A DNA stretch of 64,000 nt from contig JAPLVF010000013.1 in NCBI GenBank assembly GCA_026397255.1, forward strand, positions 85,030-149,029, read 5' to 3'. Below the pieces are notes generated by a model. The model did not search any database, was not told where the DNA came from, and worked only from the letters and a program-made list of their open reading frames with translations. This DNA is from Candidatus Beckwithbacteria bacterium. GTDB taxonomy: Bacteria; Patescibacteriota; Microgenomatia; UBA1400; CG1-02-47-37. The number at the start of each line of letters is the position of its first letter. The stretch's first letter is position 1. Made by a program: the position numbers and the translations under genes. Positions 27,441-37,061 of this stretch are shown here, piece by piece.

Positions 27441-29631
27441 GTACAAACGACTGGTTAAAAATTTATTGATTTTCCTAGACAACCGCTTGGCTTTGAGTTT
27501 AATGCTGCAAATGTTGTTTGTGCCTTTATTCCATGATGTGTCTTTTTTAGGCAGAGTGTTAAGTTTTATTTATCGGGTGGTAAGAATTGTTATTGGCAGT
27601 ATCGTGATGAGTTTAAGTATTATCGCGATAGGTTTTTGGTTAATTATCTGGCTAATATTATCTCCGATAATTAGCACGATTTCGTGGCTAATAAACTCTG
27701 TCAAGAAAAACATAAAAATAGAATCGTCATTAATTAAAGATCCGACGGTTAAAGAAATATTAAAACGCTTGGAAATTGCCGAAACGACGATCAATAATAT
27801 AGCGCCGGAAATCACCTTTGATGCCAGGAAAATAAAACCGGAACAGTTATTATTAACGATTTTGAAACAAGAAAATTGGCGATATAAAGAAGCACAAGAA
27901 ACAGTTAAGTGGCTTCAGAAAGAGAAAAGCTGGGGAAGAACCCCATTTATTTGGGATAAAGATTATGAAGCCAGACCGATTGGCGGCATTGACCGGGGTT
28001 TAATCGGCATCCCGACGCCGACTTTGGATAAATACAGCGTGGATTTAACCAAATTGGCCCAAAAAAGACAGCTAGCGGAAATGTTCTGTAAAGCCGAAGC
28101 CGTAACGCAAATTACCGAAATTTTATCCCGCAGGGAAAAAAATAATGTTTTAGTGGTCGGGGCCCCGGGAAGCGGTAAAACAACTTTGGTAAAAAGTATT
28201 GCCCAGGAAATTGTCCGGGGAGTCAAGGCAAAAAGCTTAAAGTTTAAGCGGTTAATTTCGTTAGATGTCAGCCGCTTGGCGGCCGGAGCCGGCAGTGGCG
28301 AATTGAACCAAAGAATGACGAAAATTATTGAAGAAATAACCACAGCCGGCAATATTATTCTGTTTGTGGACGAAGTTCATAATTTAGCCTCGATTAACCA
28401 AGATTCACCGGAGACCAGTAAAGTCTTTATTGCTTTAGAACCGGCCTTATCTGAAGGCGTCTTCCAGTTTATCGGGGCAACCACAACCGCCAATTATAAA
28501 AAAGCGCTGGAACCAAATGAGGCTTTTGCCAGGTTATTTGAGTTGGTAGAACTAAAAGAAGCCGATAATGAACAAACTTTAGCGGTCTTAGAATATCTGG
28601 CTTGGGAAAGAGAACAAAAAGAAAAAATAACGGTTTCTTTCCTCGCTCTAAAAAAAATAATTGAGTTGGCGGCTAAGTTAATCCATGACCGGGTTTTTCC
28701 GGACAAGGCAGTAAATCTTTTGGATGAGGTGGTGGCCGTGGCCAAAAATCAGGAAAAAACTTTAGTCATTGTTCCGGATGTCGAAAAATTGATTACCCAA
28801 AAAACTAAAGTTCCGGTAACACAATTAACTAAAGAGGAAACGGCACTACTTCTTAATTTGGAGAAAAAACTGCACCAGCGGGTCATCGGACAAGATAAGG
28901 CGATTAAAGCGGTGGCCGACGCCATCCGGCGGGCAAGAACGGGCCTAAAACAAGACAACAAACCGATTGCCAGCTTTTTGTTTGGCGGGCCAACCGGTGT
29001 AGGTAAAACGGAAACCGCCAAAACCTTAGCGGCCGAGTTTTTCGGCTCAGAAAAAGTAATGATACGCTTAGACATGAGTGAATACCAAAATTTAAACAGC
29101 TTAGATAGATTGAATAATCAGCTGACCGGGGCGGTGAAACATCAACCCTATACTTTAATCTTGCTGGATGAGCTGGAAAAAGCTCACTCTAAGATTTTAA
29201 ATCTGTTTTTGCAGGTTTTAGACGATGCTAGGCTTACTGACAGCACTGGAAAAACCATTGATTTTAGTAATACCATTATTATCGCCACCACGAATGCCGG
29301 GACTAAAATTGAACAAATTGAGAGTGCTTTTCCGCCGGAATTTTTAAACCGTTTCAGCGGAATAATTGTTTTTGAAACCCTCTCTAAAAAAGAAACCGAG
29401 GAGGTCATTAAATTAAAATTAAAAGAGGTGGCAGCAGAATTAGCAAAACAGGAAATTATTGTTAACTTTAATGAGGAGGCGGTAAAAAATTTAATTGCTG
29501 ATAGCTTTTCGACCAAATGGGGCGGCAGGCAAATTGACAGAACCATTCAGGAAAAAATTACTAATGTTATTGCCGAAAAAATTCTTCAGGGCGAGATTAA
29601 GAAAAACCAAGCGTTTGAGTTTAAGGTATGA
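27433..29631 (+). CDS. Membrane-anchored double-AAA+ Clp/Hsp100-like ATPase lacking the Clp-N and middle domains
   Basis: Two N-terminal TM helices (residues about 20-95). D1 reads [15 protein letters not shown]...[11 protein letters not shown]2 reads [19 protein letters not shown]...[11 protein letters not shown]...IIATTNAGT. Confidence 0.75.
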   Translation: MNRYKRLVKNLLIFLDNRLALSLMLQMLFVPLFHDVSFLGRVLSFIYRVVRIVIGSIVMSLSIIAIGFWLIIWLILSPIISTISWLINSVKKNIKIESSLIKDPTVKEILKRLEIAETTINNIAPEITFDARKIKPEQLLLTILKQENWRYKEAQETVKWLQKEKSWGRTPFIWDKDYEARPIGGIDRGLIGIPTPTLDKYSVDLTKLAQKRQLAEMFCKAEAVTQITEILSRREKNNVLVVGAPGSGKTTLVKSIAQEIVRGVKAKSLKFKRLISLDVSRLAAGAGSGELNQRMTKIIEEITTAGNIILFVDEVHNLASINQDSPETSKVFIALEPALSEGVFQFIGATTTANYKKALEPNEAFARLFELVELKEADNEQTLAVLEYLAWEREQKEKITVSFLALKKIIELAAKLIHDRVFPDKAVNLLDEVVAVAKNQEKTLVIVPDVEKLITQKTKVPVTQLTKEETALLLNLEKKLHQRVIGQDKAIKAVADAIRRARTGLKQDNKPIASFLFGGPTGVGKTETAKTLAAEFFGSEKVMIRLDMSEYQNLNSLDRLNNQLTGAVKHQPYTLILLDELEKAHSKILNLFLQVLDDARLTDSTGKTIDFSNTIIIATTNAGTKIEQIESAFPPEFLNRFSGIIVFETLSKKETEEVIKLKLKEVAAELAKQEIIVNFNEEAVKNLIADSFSTKWGGRQIDRTIQEKITNVIAEKILQGEIKKNQAFEFKV

Positions 29632-30638
29632 CTGCGCTAATTGACAGGCTGAACCAATTGAAAAAGGCGATTAATTTTGATGGGAAAAAAGCGGAATTGG
29701 CGGCGTTAGAAAAGCAAATTCAAGACCCGGATTTCTGGAAAGACCACCAGCGGGCGCAAAATGAGATGAAAAACTTAAGCCGATTACAGGAAGAATTGAG
29801 CGAAATAGACAGATTTGAGGAAAAATTAGGGGAAAATCAAGACCAAGCTATTTTAGAGGCGGAATTAGCGAAACTCGAGTTAAAGCGATATTTAGCCGGA
29901 CCGCACGATCAGGCTGACGCAATTTTAGCCATTCATGCCGGGCAGGGCGGGGTCGAAGCCATGGATTGGGCAGAGATGCTGAAACGGATGTACTTAAGAT
30001 ACAGCGAAAGAAAGGGGTTTAAAACCCAAATATTGCAGGAAAGCCAAGGAGAAGAAGCGGGAATTAAAAGTACGACGATTAAAATTGAAGGCAATCTGGC
30101 TTACGGTTATTTAAAGAATGAAAAAGGGACCCATCGTTTAGTCCGACAGTCGCCGTTTAATTCCGACCATTTAAGGGAAACGTCTTTTGCCTTAGTGGAG
30201 GTTTTGCCGGTTTTAGAGGAGACGGAAATGGTGACTATCCGCCCGGAAGATTTGGAAATTGAATTTTCCCGCTCGTCCGGGGCCGGCGGCCAGAATGTTA
30301 ATAAAGTATCGACGTCCGTCAGGTTAAAGCACAAACCGACGGGAATCGTTGTGGAATGCCAAACCCAGAGGTTTCAGGAACAAAACCGGAAGATTGCCAT
30401 GCAAATTTTAGCGGCTAAGCTTTGGCAGATTGAAGAAGAAAAACGGCAGCTAAACTTAAAAAATCTTAAAGGCGAACACAAACCGGCTTCCTGGGGGAAC
30501 CAAATCCGTTCCTATGTCCTCCACCCTTATAAACAAGTGAAGGATTTAAGGACCGGCCACACGGAAACTGACCCGGGGAAAGTATTAGATGGCGAGCTGG
30601 ATAGTTTTATTGAGGCAGAATTGGGACTTGTGGTATGA
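29628..30638 (+). CDS. prfB: Peptide chain release factor 2. The ORF is contiguous with no +1 frameshift site.
   Basis: The SPF tripeptide (RQSPFNSD) specifies RF2. The GGQ motif is [17 protein letters not shown]. Confidence 0.9.
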   Translation: MTALIDRLNQLKKAINFDGKKAELAALEKQIQDPDFWKDHQRAQNEMKNLSRLQEELSEIDRFEEKLGENQDQAILEAELAKLELKRYLAGPHDQADAILAIHAGQGGVEAMDWAEMLKRMYLRYSERKGFKTQILQESQGEEAGIKSTTIKIEGNLAYGYLKNEKGTHRLVRQSPFNSDHLRETSFALVEVLPVLEETEMVTIRPEDLEIEFSRSSGAGGQNVNKVSTSVRLKHKPTGIVVECQTQRFQEQNRKIAMQILAAKLWQIEEEKRQLNLKNLKGEHKPASWGNQIRSYVLHPYKQVKDLRTGHTETDPGKVLDGELDSFIEAELGLVV

Positions 30639-30673
30639 TTAAAGTATATTAATTTTTCGGGGAGGTTCAACCT

Positions 30674-31153
30674 ATGGTCGAAATAAAACCATTAAATTTA
30701 TCTTCGGATACAACGACGCCAATGATGTCTAAAAAACCACAGGCAAAAAGCAAGGGGAAATTAATCCTCTGGTTTTTAGTAATAATTCTTTTAGGCGCCG
30801 GTTCGGGTTTTGGACTATTTCGTTTGAAACAGCCCGGAGGTACGACCGGAGTAAAATATCTGAGCCGAACGGCAACAGATGAAACCATGAAAAAAGGCGC
30901 TACTTTTGGCGTCCAAGACGAGAAATCATTTCCAGATTTAGCCGAAGGCCAATTAGTCCAGGGAGGAATTGACGGAGAAGGTTCCCATCATTTAATCAGG
31001 GAGGGGGGCGAATCACAAAACGTTTACCTAACCTCATCAATTATCGACTTAGATCAATTTGTCGGGAAAAAGGTTAAAGTTTGGGGACAGACATTTCAAG
31101 CGCAAAAAGCCGGCTGGTTGATGGACGTCGGGCGCTTAGAAATTCAAGAATGA
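30674..31153 (+). CDS. Hypothetical N-terminally anchored protein (159 aa)
   Basis: GGGGAGG SD lies 8 nt upstream. One TM segment (ILWFLVIILLGAGSGFGLF) is present. Confidence 0.5.
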   Translation: MVEIKPLNLSSDTTTPMMSKKPQAKSKGKLILWFLVIILLGAGSGFGLFRLKQPGGTTGVKYLSRTATDETMKKGATFGVQDEKSFPDLAEGQLVQGGIDGEGSHHLIREGGESQNVYLTSSIIDLDQFVGKKVKVWGQTFQAQKAGWLMDVGRLEIQE

Positions 31154-31836
31154 TTGTTTTTCAAAAAGTCACCAAAATTTTTCCGGACGGAACTCAAGCT
31201 CTTCATGAAGCCTCTTTCCAAATAAAAAAGGGTGAGTTTGTGTTTTTCATCGGACCTTCAGGGGCAGGTAAAACCACGGTAATGAAATTATTGCGGCGGG
31301 AAATTATCCCCACTCAGGGAGAAATTTTAATTAAAGATAAAAATTTGGCGGAAATTAAACAAAAAGAAATTCCTTTTTTGAGGCGGCAGACAGCCATGTG
31401 CTTTCAGGATTTCAAACTATTGGGTGATCGAACGGTAAAAGAAAATGTGGCTTTAAATTTGGAGGTGGAAGGAATTAAAGATGAGGAAATTGATAAAAGA
31501 GTTCACGAGGTTTTAAAAAATGTCGGTTTGGAAAAAAAAGGCAATTTTTTCCCGAGGCAGATTTCCGGAGGCGAACTACAGCGGGTGGGAATTGCCCGGG
31601 CAATTGTCGGGAAGCCAGATATCCTGTTGGCTGATGAACCGACAGGCAACCTTGATCCTCAAGCCGGTTTTGATATTTTAAAACTATTCAAAGAAATTAA
31701 CCTAGCCGGGACAACCGTACTGGTCGCCACCCATAACGCCGAAGTGGTAAATAATTTTGAAGAAAGAGTCATTACTTTAAATAAAGGCAAAGTGATAACG
31801 GACACGAAGAAAGGAAAGTATAAAATAAAAATATGA
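31150..31836 (+). CDS. ftsE: Cell-division ABC transporter ATP-binding protein FtsE
   Basis: [14 protein letters not shown]...GPSGAGKTT...[16 protein letters not shown]...[11 protein letters not shown]. The start is set at the internal Met (ATGA overlap with the upstream stop). Confidence 0.85.
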   Translation: MIVFQKVTKIFPDGTQALHEASFQIKKGEFVFFIGPSGAGKTTVMKLLRREIIPTQGEILIKDKNLAEIKQKEIPFLRRQTAMCFQDFKLLGDRTVKENVALNLEVEGIKDEEIDKRVHEVLKNVGLEKKGNFFPRQISGGELQRVGIARAIVGKPDILLADEPTGNLDPQAGFDILKLFKEINLAGTTVLVATHNAEVVNNFEERVITLNKGKVITDTKKGKYKIKI

Positions 31837-32711
31837 CCTTTCTTAAAAAAACCTGGACACAGATAAGAAGAAGCCCTTGGCAAAATCTGGCAGCAGTAAT
31901 GACGACAACTTTAACTTTATTGGTAATCGCCGTTTTTGTCCTGATTTCTTTCGGTTCAATCAAAATTTTGAAATATTTTGAATCGGCCCCTCAGGTAATC
32001 GCCTTTTTTAAACCGGGGAAAGATTTAACCGATGCCAATATTGCCAATATCCGGGCGCAGCTGGATAAAACCGGCAAGTTAAATGATTTCCGCTACGTTT
32101 CCACCCACGAGGCGGAAGCAATTTATAAAGAAAAAAATAAAGATAATCCCCTGTTGTTGGAATTAGTCGATTATAGTATTCTACCCGCTTCAATCGAGAT
32201 CTCAGCGAAAGATTTAAAAGATTTAAAGGATTTAAGGCAAATTCTGCAGGTGCAAGATAATGTCGACGAAGTGGTTTATTACGAAGATATTATTAATAAC
32301 CTGGCCAAATGGATTAACAGCATTAAGACGTTGGGCCTCGGAATAATTATTTATTTGACCGTAGAGTCGATTTTGGTAATTTTGGTGATTACCGGTATGC
32401 AGATTGCCTCTAGGCGGGAAGAAATTGAGATTTTACGTCTAATCGGCGCCACTAGTTGGTTTATCAGAAAACCATTTATCTTAACCGGGATAATTTACGG
32501 AATCGTGGGTAGTTTTTTGGCCTGGGGAGTGTCATATTTACTGTTACTTTACTCGACACCCTTCTTAACTAATTGGCTCCAGGATATTCCGTTACTCCCG
32601 ATTCCTTTCTGGTTTATGATGCTGGTACTATTGATTGAATTATTTTTAGGTGCCTTGATCGGAGCAACCGGCGGTTTATTGGCCACACACAGATTTTTAA
32701 AAGAAGAATAA
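31833..32711 (+). CDS. ftsX: Cell-division permease-like protein FtsX
   Basis: Immediately follows ftsE. It has an N-terminal TM segment, a periplasmic domain and three C-terminal TM helices (FtsX topology). Confidence 0.8.
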   Translation: MTFLKKTWTQIRRSPWQNLAAVMTTTLTLLVIAVFVLISFGSIKILKYFESAPQVIAFFKPGKDLTDANIANIRAQLDKTGKLNDFRYVSTHEAEAIYKEKNKDNPLLLELVDYSILPASIEISAKDLKDLKDLRQILQVQDNVDEVVYYEDIINNLAKWINSIKTLGLGIIIYLTVESILVILVITGMQIASRREEIEILRLIGATSWFIRKPFILTGIIYGIVGSFLAWGVSYLLLLYSTPFLTNWLQDIPLLPIPFWFMMLVLLIELFLGALIGATGGLLATHRFLKEE

Positions 32712-32720
32712 AATTAAGCC

Positions 32721-33887
32721 ATGTGGAAAAAAATTTTAGGGATTTGCTTACTGCTATTATGTATATCGACGGTAGAAATTCAGGCTGATGATTGCGCTAA
32801 TTTTTCTACCGGCAGCAGTGAAAAAGTTAATTGCTACCAAAATAAATTAAACGAGAATCAGGGACAACAAAAAACCTTAAACTCCACCATTGTCTATTTA
32901 GACAATAAAATGGCTTTAACCATGGCCCAAATCGCCAAAACCGAACAAGAATTGAAGGTCCTGGAAGAAGACATTGCCACTTTAACGGTAAAAATCAGCC
33001 GGCTGGATGAAAACTTAACAGAGATTTCCAAGCTTTTGGTTTCCCGGGTCGGAGCCGGCTATAAAAGAAGTTTATTTAACCCGATACTGATGTTGTTTTC
33101 CAGCGATGGGTTAACCAGCTTTATGCAAAAAGCCAAATACCTGGAACTGGCCCAACAAAATGACCGAAATTTGCTAATGGAGCTGCAAAGTACAAAAAAC
33201 CAACACGAACAGCAAAAACAGCTTGAGGAAGAAAAACAAAAACAAGCGGAAGCTTTAAGACAAACGCTAGCAACGCAAAACTCCAACCTACTGACACAAA
33301 AACAAAGCAAGCAACAATTATTAGAAATTACTAAGAATGATGAAAAAACTTACCAACAATCATTAGCAGAGGCACGAGCAGAGCTCGAAGCTTTACTAAA
33401 TTCTAAGTTTACAGAAAAACGTAATGTGAAAAAAGGGGAAGTTATTGGAATTATGGGTAGCACCGGTAATTCTACCGGTCCGCATTTACACTTTGGTATT
33501 TATAATCTAAGGGAAAATGAGAGGGAAAATTTTAATTATTATGCTGACACTAACCCCTATGACTACCTATCATCCAAAACAGTATTATTTGATAGTAAGT
33601 CATGTGATGATGTTGGTAATGAGCCTGTTACTAAAACTGTAGGCAATGGAGGCCACGATTGGCCCATGGGGAATATTCGAGTTACGCAATGTTGGGGACA
33701 TACTCCATATTCATATAAATATCCAAATAACTTTCATAACGGTTTTGACATCGTTGATCCAAATGCCATCGTTAAAACCACTGATGATGGAATTGCTTAT
33801 TTCTACCGAGGAAGTTCCGCTATGGGCAATAATGTTCGGGTTTTTCACAATGATGGTAAGATGACCCTTTATCTTCATCTTCAATAA
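32721..33887 (+). CDS. M23 family peptidase with an N-terminal coiled coil (EnvC-like FtsEX partner)
   Basis: Signal peptide, long heptad-like coiled-coil region, then C-terminal GIMGSTGNSTGPHLHFGIY and H..F M23 motifs. It sits directly downstream of ftsEX. Confidence 0.8.
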   Translation: MWKKILGICLLLLCISTVEIQADDCANFSTGSSEKVNCYQNKLNENQGQQKTLNSTIVYLDNKMALTMAQIAKTEQELKVLEEDIATLTVKISRLDENLTEISKLLVSRVGAGYKRSLFNPILMLFSSDGLTSFMQKAKYLELAQQNDRNLLMELQSTKNQHEQQKQLEEEKQKQAEALRQTLATQNSNLLTQKQSKQQLLEITKNDEKTYQQSLAEARAELEALLNSKFTEKRNVKKGEVIGIMGSTGNSTGPHLHFGIYNLRENERENFNYYADTNPYDYLSSKTVLFDSKSCDDVGNEPVTKTVGNGGHDWPMGNIRVTQCWGHTPYSYKYPNNFHNGFDIVDPNAIVKTTDDGIAYFYRGSSAMGNNVRVFHNDGKMTLYLHLQ

Positions 33888-33910
33888 TTTTTTTTGATAC
33901 ACTATTCTTA

Positions 33911-34837
33911 ATGCCTGCCCGCATAAATAATATACGAACAAAAATTTTCATTAGCGCCCTCACCGGCGCTTTATTTTTAATTACTCCAAATAAAATATTG
34001 GGACAAATACGGATTAATGAATTTAGCTCAGACACTTCAAGTGATTGGGTTGAAATTTATAACGACTCTGATAATTCTGTGGATCTGAGCGAATACAGCT
34101 TAGTCGATGGTAGTACTTCAGGTAATCCAAAAAGTTTTAACTGCATTTTAGCAGCAAAAGGTTGGACAGTAACAGAATGGAGCAATAAATTAAATCATGA
34201 CGGCGATATTATTAAATTAAAGAGTGGTGAAAATGTAACTGATTGCGTTAGTTATGGTAACTGGACAGAACAATTTTGTTCAGAAGCAACTCAAGTTACT
34301 TTAGCTGAGATTAAAGGAAATGAGGTGGGAGCGCGAAATCCTGACGGCAACGGGACATGGATAGTAACGACAACAGTAACCAAAGATGGTCCTAATGGCG
34401 GTGGTCAAAAGGATTCGAATCTTGGTTGTTTTATGCCCAGCCCGTCACCAGCGCCGAGTCCGTCACCCTCATCTACTCCCTCACCAAGTCCTGAACCCAG
34501 CCCGAGTCGAAGTCCAAGTCCAACACCATTACCATCAAAATCCCCCAGCCCAAAACCCAGCCCCTCGAGTCCCTCGATTGCACTCGGGACAGGTTCGCTC
34601 GGGGTCGTTGATCCATCATTTGATCCTGAAGAAAATTTAATAGCTGAGTTGGCCACGCCTGAAGGCGAGGTTTTGGGGGAAACTGAGCCGGCGACGAAAG
34701 CCGGAAAAACCAAAAATCCTTATTTATTATCTTTTGGTCTAATCGGCTTGGGTTTAGCTTTGATGGCTACGACAGTGGTAGTTTTTACAAAAAGCAACCA
34801 TTATAATAAACCTCATGACACTCAAGGAAAGATTTAA
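33911..34837 (+). CDS. Lamin-tail-domain (LTD) surface protein with a Pro/Ser-rich stalk and a C-terminal TM anchor
   Basis: IRINEFSSDTSSDWVEIYNDSDNSVDLSEYSLVDGS is the LTD signature. The stalk reads PSPSPAPSPSPSS.... The C-terminus reads GEVLGETEPATKAGKTKNPYLLSFGLIGLGLALMATTVVVF. Confidence 0.65.
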   Translation: MPARINNIRTKIFISALTGALFLITPNKILGQIRINEFSSDTSSDWVEIYNDSDNSVDLSEYSLVDGSTSGNPKSFNCILAAKGWTVTEWSNKLNHDGDIIKLKSGENVTDCVSYGNWTEQFCSEATQVTLAEIKGNEVGARNPDGNGTWIVTTTVTKDGPNGGGQKDSNLGCFMPSPSPAPSPSPSSTPSPSPEPSPSRSPSPTPLPSKSPSPKPSPSSPSIALGTGSLGVVDPSFDPEENLIAELATPEGEVLGETEPATKAGKTKNPYLLSFGLIGLGLALMATTVVVFTKSNHYNKPHDTQGKI

Positions 34838-35186
34838 ATTGTGGCTGCCGGCAATGATTTGGATGGTAATAATTTTCTTCATATCCGGCCAACCGATTAA
34901 TAACCCGGGGGTAGCTTTCAGCTGGCTGGATTTTATTTTTAAAAAAACCGGCCATCTGACAGAATACGCTATTTTATACGGATTAATTTTCCGGGCAGTC
35001 TCACAAAAAGGAAAATTTACTTATAAAAAAATTTTTATGACTGCGTTTGTTTTAGGCTTGATTTATGCTTTAACTGATGAATGGCATCAGACTTTTGTGA
35101 CCGGCAGAGAAGGAACCTTAAGAGATGTAGGTTTTGATTCTTTGGGGATGTTGGCCGGATTAATAATCACCAGAAATTGGTTATGA
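34815..35186 (+). CDS. VanZ-like family membrane protein
   Basis: ...LTDEWHQTFVTGREGTLRDVGFDSLG matches the VanZ-like D-E-x-x-Q-x-F-x-x-G-R...D signature. It overlaps the LTD gene end by 23 nt. Confidence 0.6.
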   Translation: MTLKERFKLWLPAMIWMVIIFFISGQPINNPGVAFSWLDFIFKKTGHLTEYAILYGLIFRAVSQKGKFTYKKIFMTAFVLGLIYALTDEWHQTFVTGREGTLRDVGFDSLGMLAGLIITRNWL

Positions 35187-36115
35187 AAATATTAGTGACC
35201 GGCGGCAAAGGCTATATTGGCTCGATTACGGCTAGTGCTTTAGAAAAAAACGGACAGAAAGTGGTAATTTTTGATAAAAAAGACGGACAGGATATTCAAG
35301 ATATCAACAAATTAAAACAACTGTTAGCAACGGAAAAAATCGAGGCGGTGATGCATTTTGCCGCTTATATCGAAATGGGTGAATCAATGACTAATCCGCA
35401 AAAATATTTTGAAAATAATTTTGTCGGTTCACAACACTTAATCCAAGCAATGGTAGACACTAAGGTTAAATATTTAATTTTTTCTTCCACCGCCGGAGTG
35501 TACGGCAATCCGATCAGAATTCCGATTAAAGAAGATGACCGGAAAGAGCCGGAAAATCCGTATGGACAGTCAAAATTAATGGTGGAGGAAACTTTAGATT
35601 TTTATGACCGGATTTACGGTTTAAAATCGATTTCTTTAAGATATTTTAACGCGGCGGGGGCTTCGCCTGCTGGCGAAGGATTAGGAGAAAACCATCAACC
35701 GGAAAGCCATTTAATCCCTAACCTGATTAAAGCGATTTTGGAAAACCGGGAGTTCTCTTTGTTCGGCAACGATTATCCGACTAAAGATGGAACTTGTATC
35801 CGGGATTACATCCATGTTTTGGATTTGGCCGAGGCGCATATTTTAGCCTTAAAAGCACTTATTTCCGGTCATAAAAGCGAGGTTTATAATGTGGGTGCCG
35901 GAAAAGGTTATTCTTCTTTAGAAGTGATCAAAATGGTGGAAAAAGTCAGCGCTAAAAAATTAAAGTTAAAAATCGGACCAAGGCGACCGGGAGATGCTAA
36001 TGAGTTGGTGGCCGACCCGACAAAAATTCAAAAAGACTTAGGCTGGCGACCAAAATATTCGGATTTAGAAACAATTGTTAGATCTGCCTGGCAGTGGCAC
36101 AAAAAACAGCTATGA
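35177..36115 (+). CDS. galE: UDP-glucose 4-epimerase
   Basis: MKILVTGGKGYIGS is a Rossmann motif. YGQSK is the Y-x-x-x-K catalytic motif. Length and overall pattern fit the SDR-extended epimerase family. Confidence 0.85.
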   Translation: MVMKILVTGGKGYIGSITASALEKNGQKVVIFDKKDGQDIQDINKLKQLLATEKIEAVMHFAAYIEMGESMTNPQKYFENNFVGSQHLIQAMVDTKVKYLIFSSTAGVYGNPIRIPIKEDDRKEPENPYGQSKLMVEETLDFYDRIYGLKSISLRYFNAAGASPAGEGLGENHQPESHLIPNLIKAILENREFSLFGNDYPTKDGTCIRDYIHVLDLAEAHILALKALISGHKSEVYNVGAGKGYSSLEVIKMVEKVSAKKLKLKIGPRRPGDANELVADPTKIQKDLGWRPKYSDLETIVRSAWQWHKKQL

Positions 36116-36708
36116 ATATGATTGGTTCTGCAATTGAAAAGGGTCTGGGAATTTTAGGGATAAGGGAGAGTGTAAAATTGGTCGCTCCGATTCAAAAACT
36201 TGATTTTTCTATTAAAGAAGTAGCCGATCCTGAGTTTTCTGCCATTGTGCAAAAAGAACCGGAGGCAAACAGAATCTTTGTTTTACCTTTTAAGGTTAAT
36301 TCCTCAGATTATTTTTCTTTTTTGCAATTATTGCAAAATTTAGGTTTTGATAATTTTGCTATGCTGAGTATGCCTCATGGGGAAAAATTATCACCTGTCC
36401 ATAGCAATATTGCCGGACTTCGCCAACAATTACTGGAAAATCCTATTCCCACAAACAGGAAAAGCGAGCCTAGAAATAAATTTTCTTCACTGAATATTTT
36501 CAAATCAGGAAGATTGCACCTGCGTCTATTTGAATTTGGACAAGATACGGTAATTGCGGCACATATCGACCAACCAAATACAGAACATTTAGATATCAGA
36601 AAACATCTGGCAAATAAGTTTGTTTCTGATTATCCGGGTGGAGAAACATTGTTTCAGGAATTACTTGAAAATGTAAAATCGGCTTTGGAGCCAAGCATTA
36701 CTTCCTAA
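36094..36708 (+). CDS. Hypothetical protein (204 aa)
   Basis: ORF in the same operon-like run after galE. No motif recognised. Confidence 0.45.
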   Translation: MAQKTAMNMIGSAIEKGLGILGIRESVKLVAPIQKLDFSIKEVADPEFSAIVQKEPEANRIFVLPFKVNSSDYFSFLQLLQNLGFDNFAMLSMPHGEKLSPVHSNIAGLRQQLLENPIPTNRKSEPRNKFSSLNIFKSGRLHLRLFEFGQDTVIAAHIDQPNTEHLDIRKHLANKFVSDYPGGETLFQELLENVKSALEPSITS

Positions 36709-36709
36709 C

Positions 36710-36729
36710 ATTCCGTTCCGGAACGGAAT
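36710..36729. repeat. Perfect 20-bp palindrome ATTCCGTTCCGGAACGGAAT directly after the 36708 stop codon
   Basis: Read directly from the sequence. No U-tract follows. Confidence 0.6.
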
Positions 36730-36739
36730 AAACGAAACC

Positions 36740-36769
36740 ACCTCTATCACACACCGGGTGTGTGATAAG
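36740..36769. repeat. 30-bp direct repeat, copy 1 (ACCTCTATCACACACCGGGTGTGTGATAAG), containing a 23-bp perfect palindrome
   Basis: Identical to the copy at 36992-37021. The palindrome TATCACACACC-G-GGTGTGTGATA spans 36745-36767. Confidence 0.75.
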
Positions 36770-36801
36770 ACTATAGCAAGGTAACGTGTTAAAATGCCTT
36801 T

Positions 36802-36975
36802 ATGTGGTTAATCTGGGCGTTGATATCAGGACTGTTTTATACCGGGGATAATTTAATTACCCGCTATATTCTCAAAGGGAATAAAGACGCTTGGGCGTTC
36901 TCATTTTATTTTAGTTTTATTGGCGCGCTGGTAAGTTTGCCGCCGTCATCGCCGCCACCCTCGGCGCAATTTTAA
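36802..36975 (+). pseudogene. Possible N-terminal fragment of an EamA/DMT-type transporter gene (57 codons) trapped between the two direct repeats
   Basis: MWLIWALISGLFYTGDNLITRYILKGNKDAWAFSFYFSFIGALVSL... resembles a DMT transporter N-terminus, then degenerates into PPSSPPPSAQF-stop. Confidence 0.3.
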
Positions 36976-36991
36976 TCCGCTGGAGCTAATT

Positions 36992-37021
36992 ACCTCTATC
37001 ACACACCGGGTGTGTGATAAG
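36992..37021. repeat. 30-bp direct repeat, copy 2, with the same 23-bp palindrome at 36997-37019
   Basis: Exact match to 36740-36769. Confidence 0.75.
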
Positions 37022-37027
37022 AAAAGT

Positions 37028-37047
37028 GGCGGAAAGGCCGCCTTTTT
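37028..37047 (+). terminator. Rho-independent terminator-like hairpin GGCGG-AAAGG-CCGCC followed by TTTTT, 15 nt upstream of the yidC start
   Basis: 5-bp GC stem, 5-nt loop and T5 tract read directly from the sequence. Confidence 0.55.
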
Positions 37048-37061
37048 ACTACAATAACCAT

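Noticed and set aside
29628-30638. Programmed +1 frameshift in prfB
   Set aside because: The RF2 ORF is contiguous from MTALIDRL to the C-terminus, with no CUU-UGA-C shifty site and no split ORF. The gene simply lacks the autoregulatory frameshift, as in many lineages.
36740-37021. Possible CRISPR array suggested by two identical 30-bp repeats
   Set aside because: Only two copies are present. The repeat carries an internal perfect palindrome and flanks a gene fragment rather than a spacer of defined length. No cas genes or leader are present.
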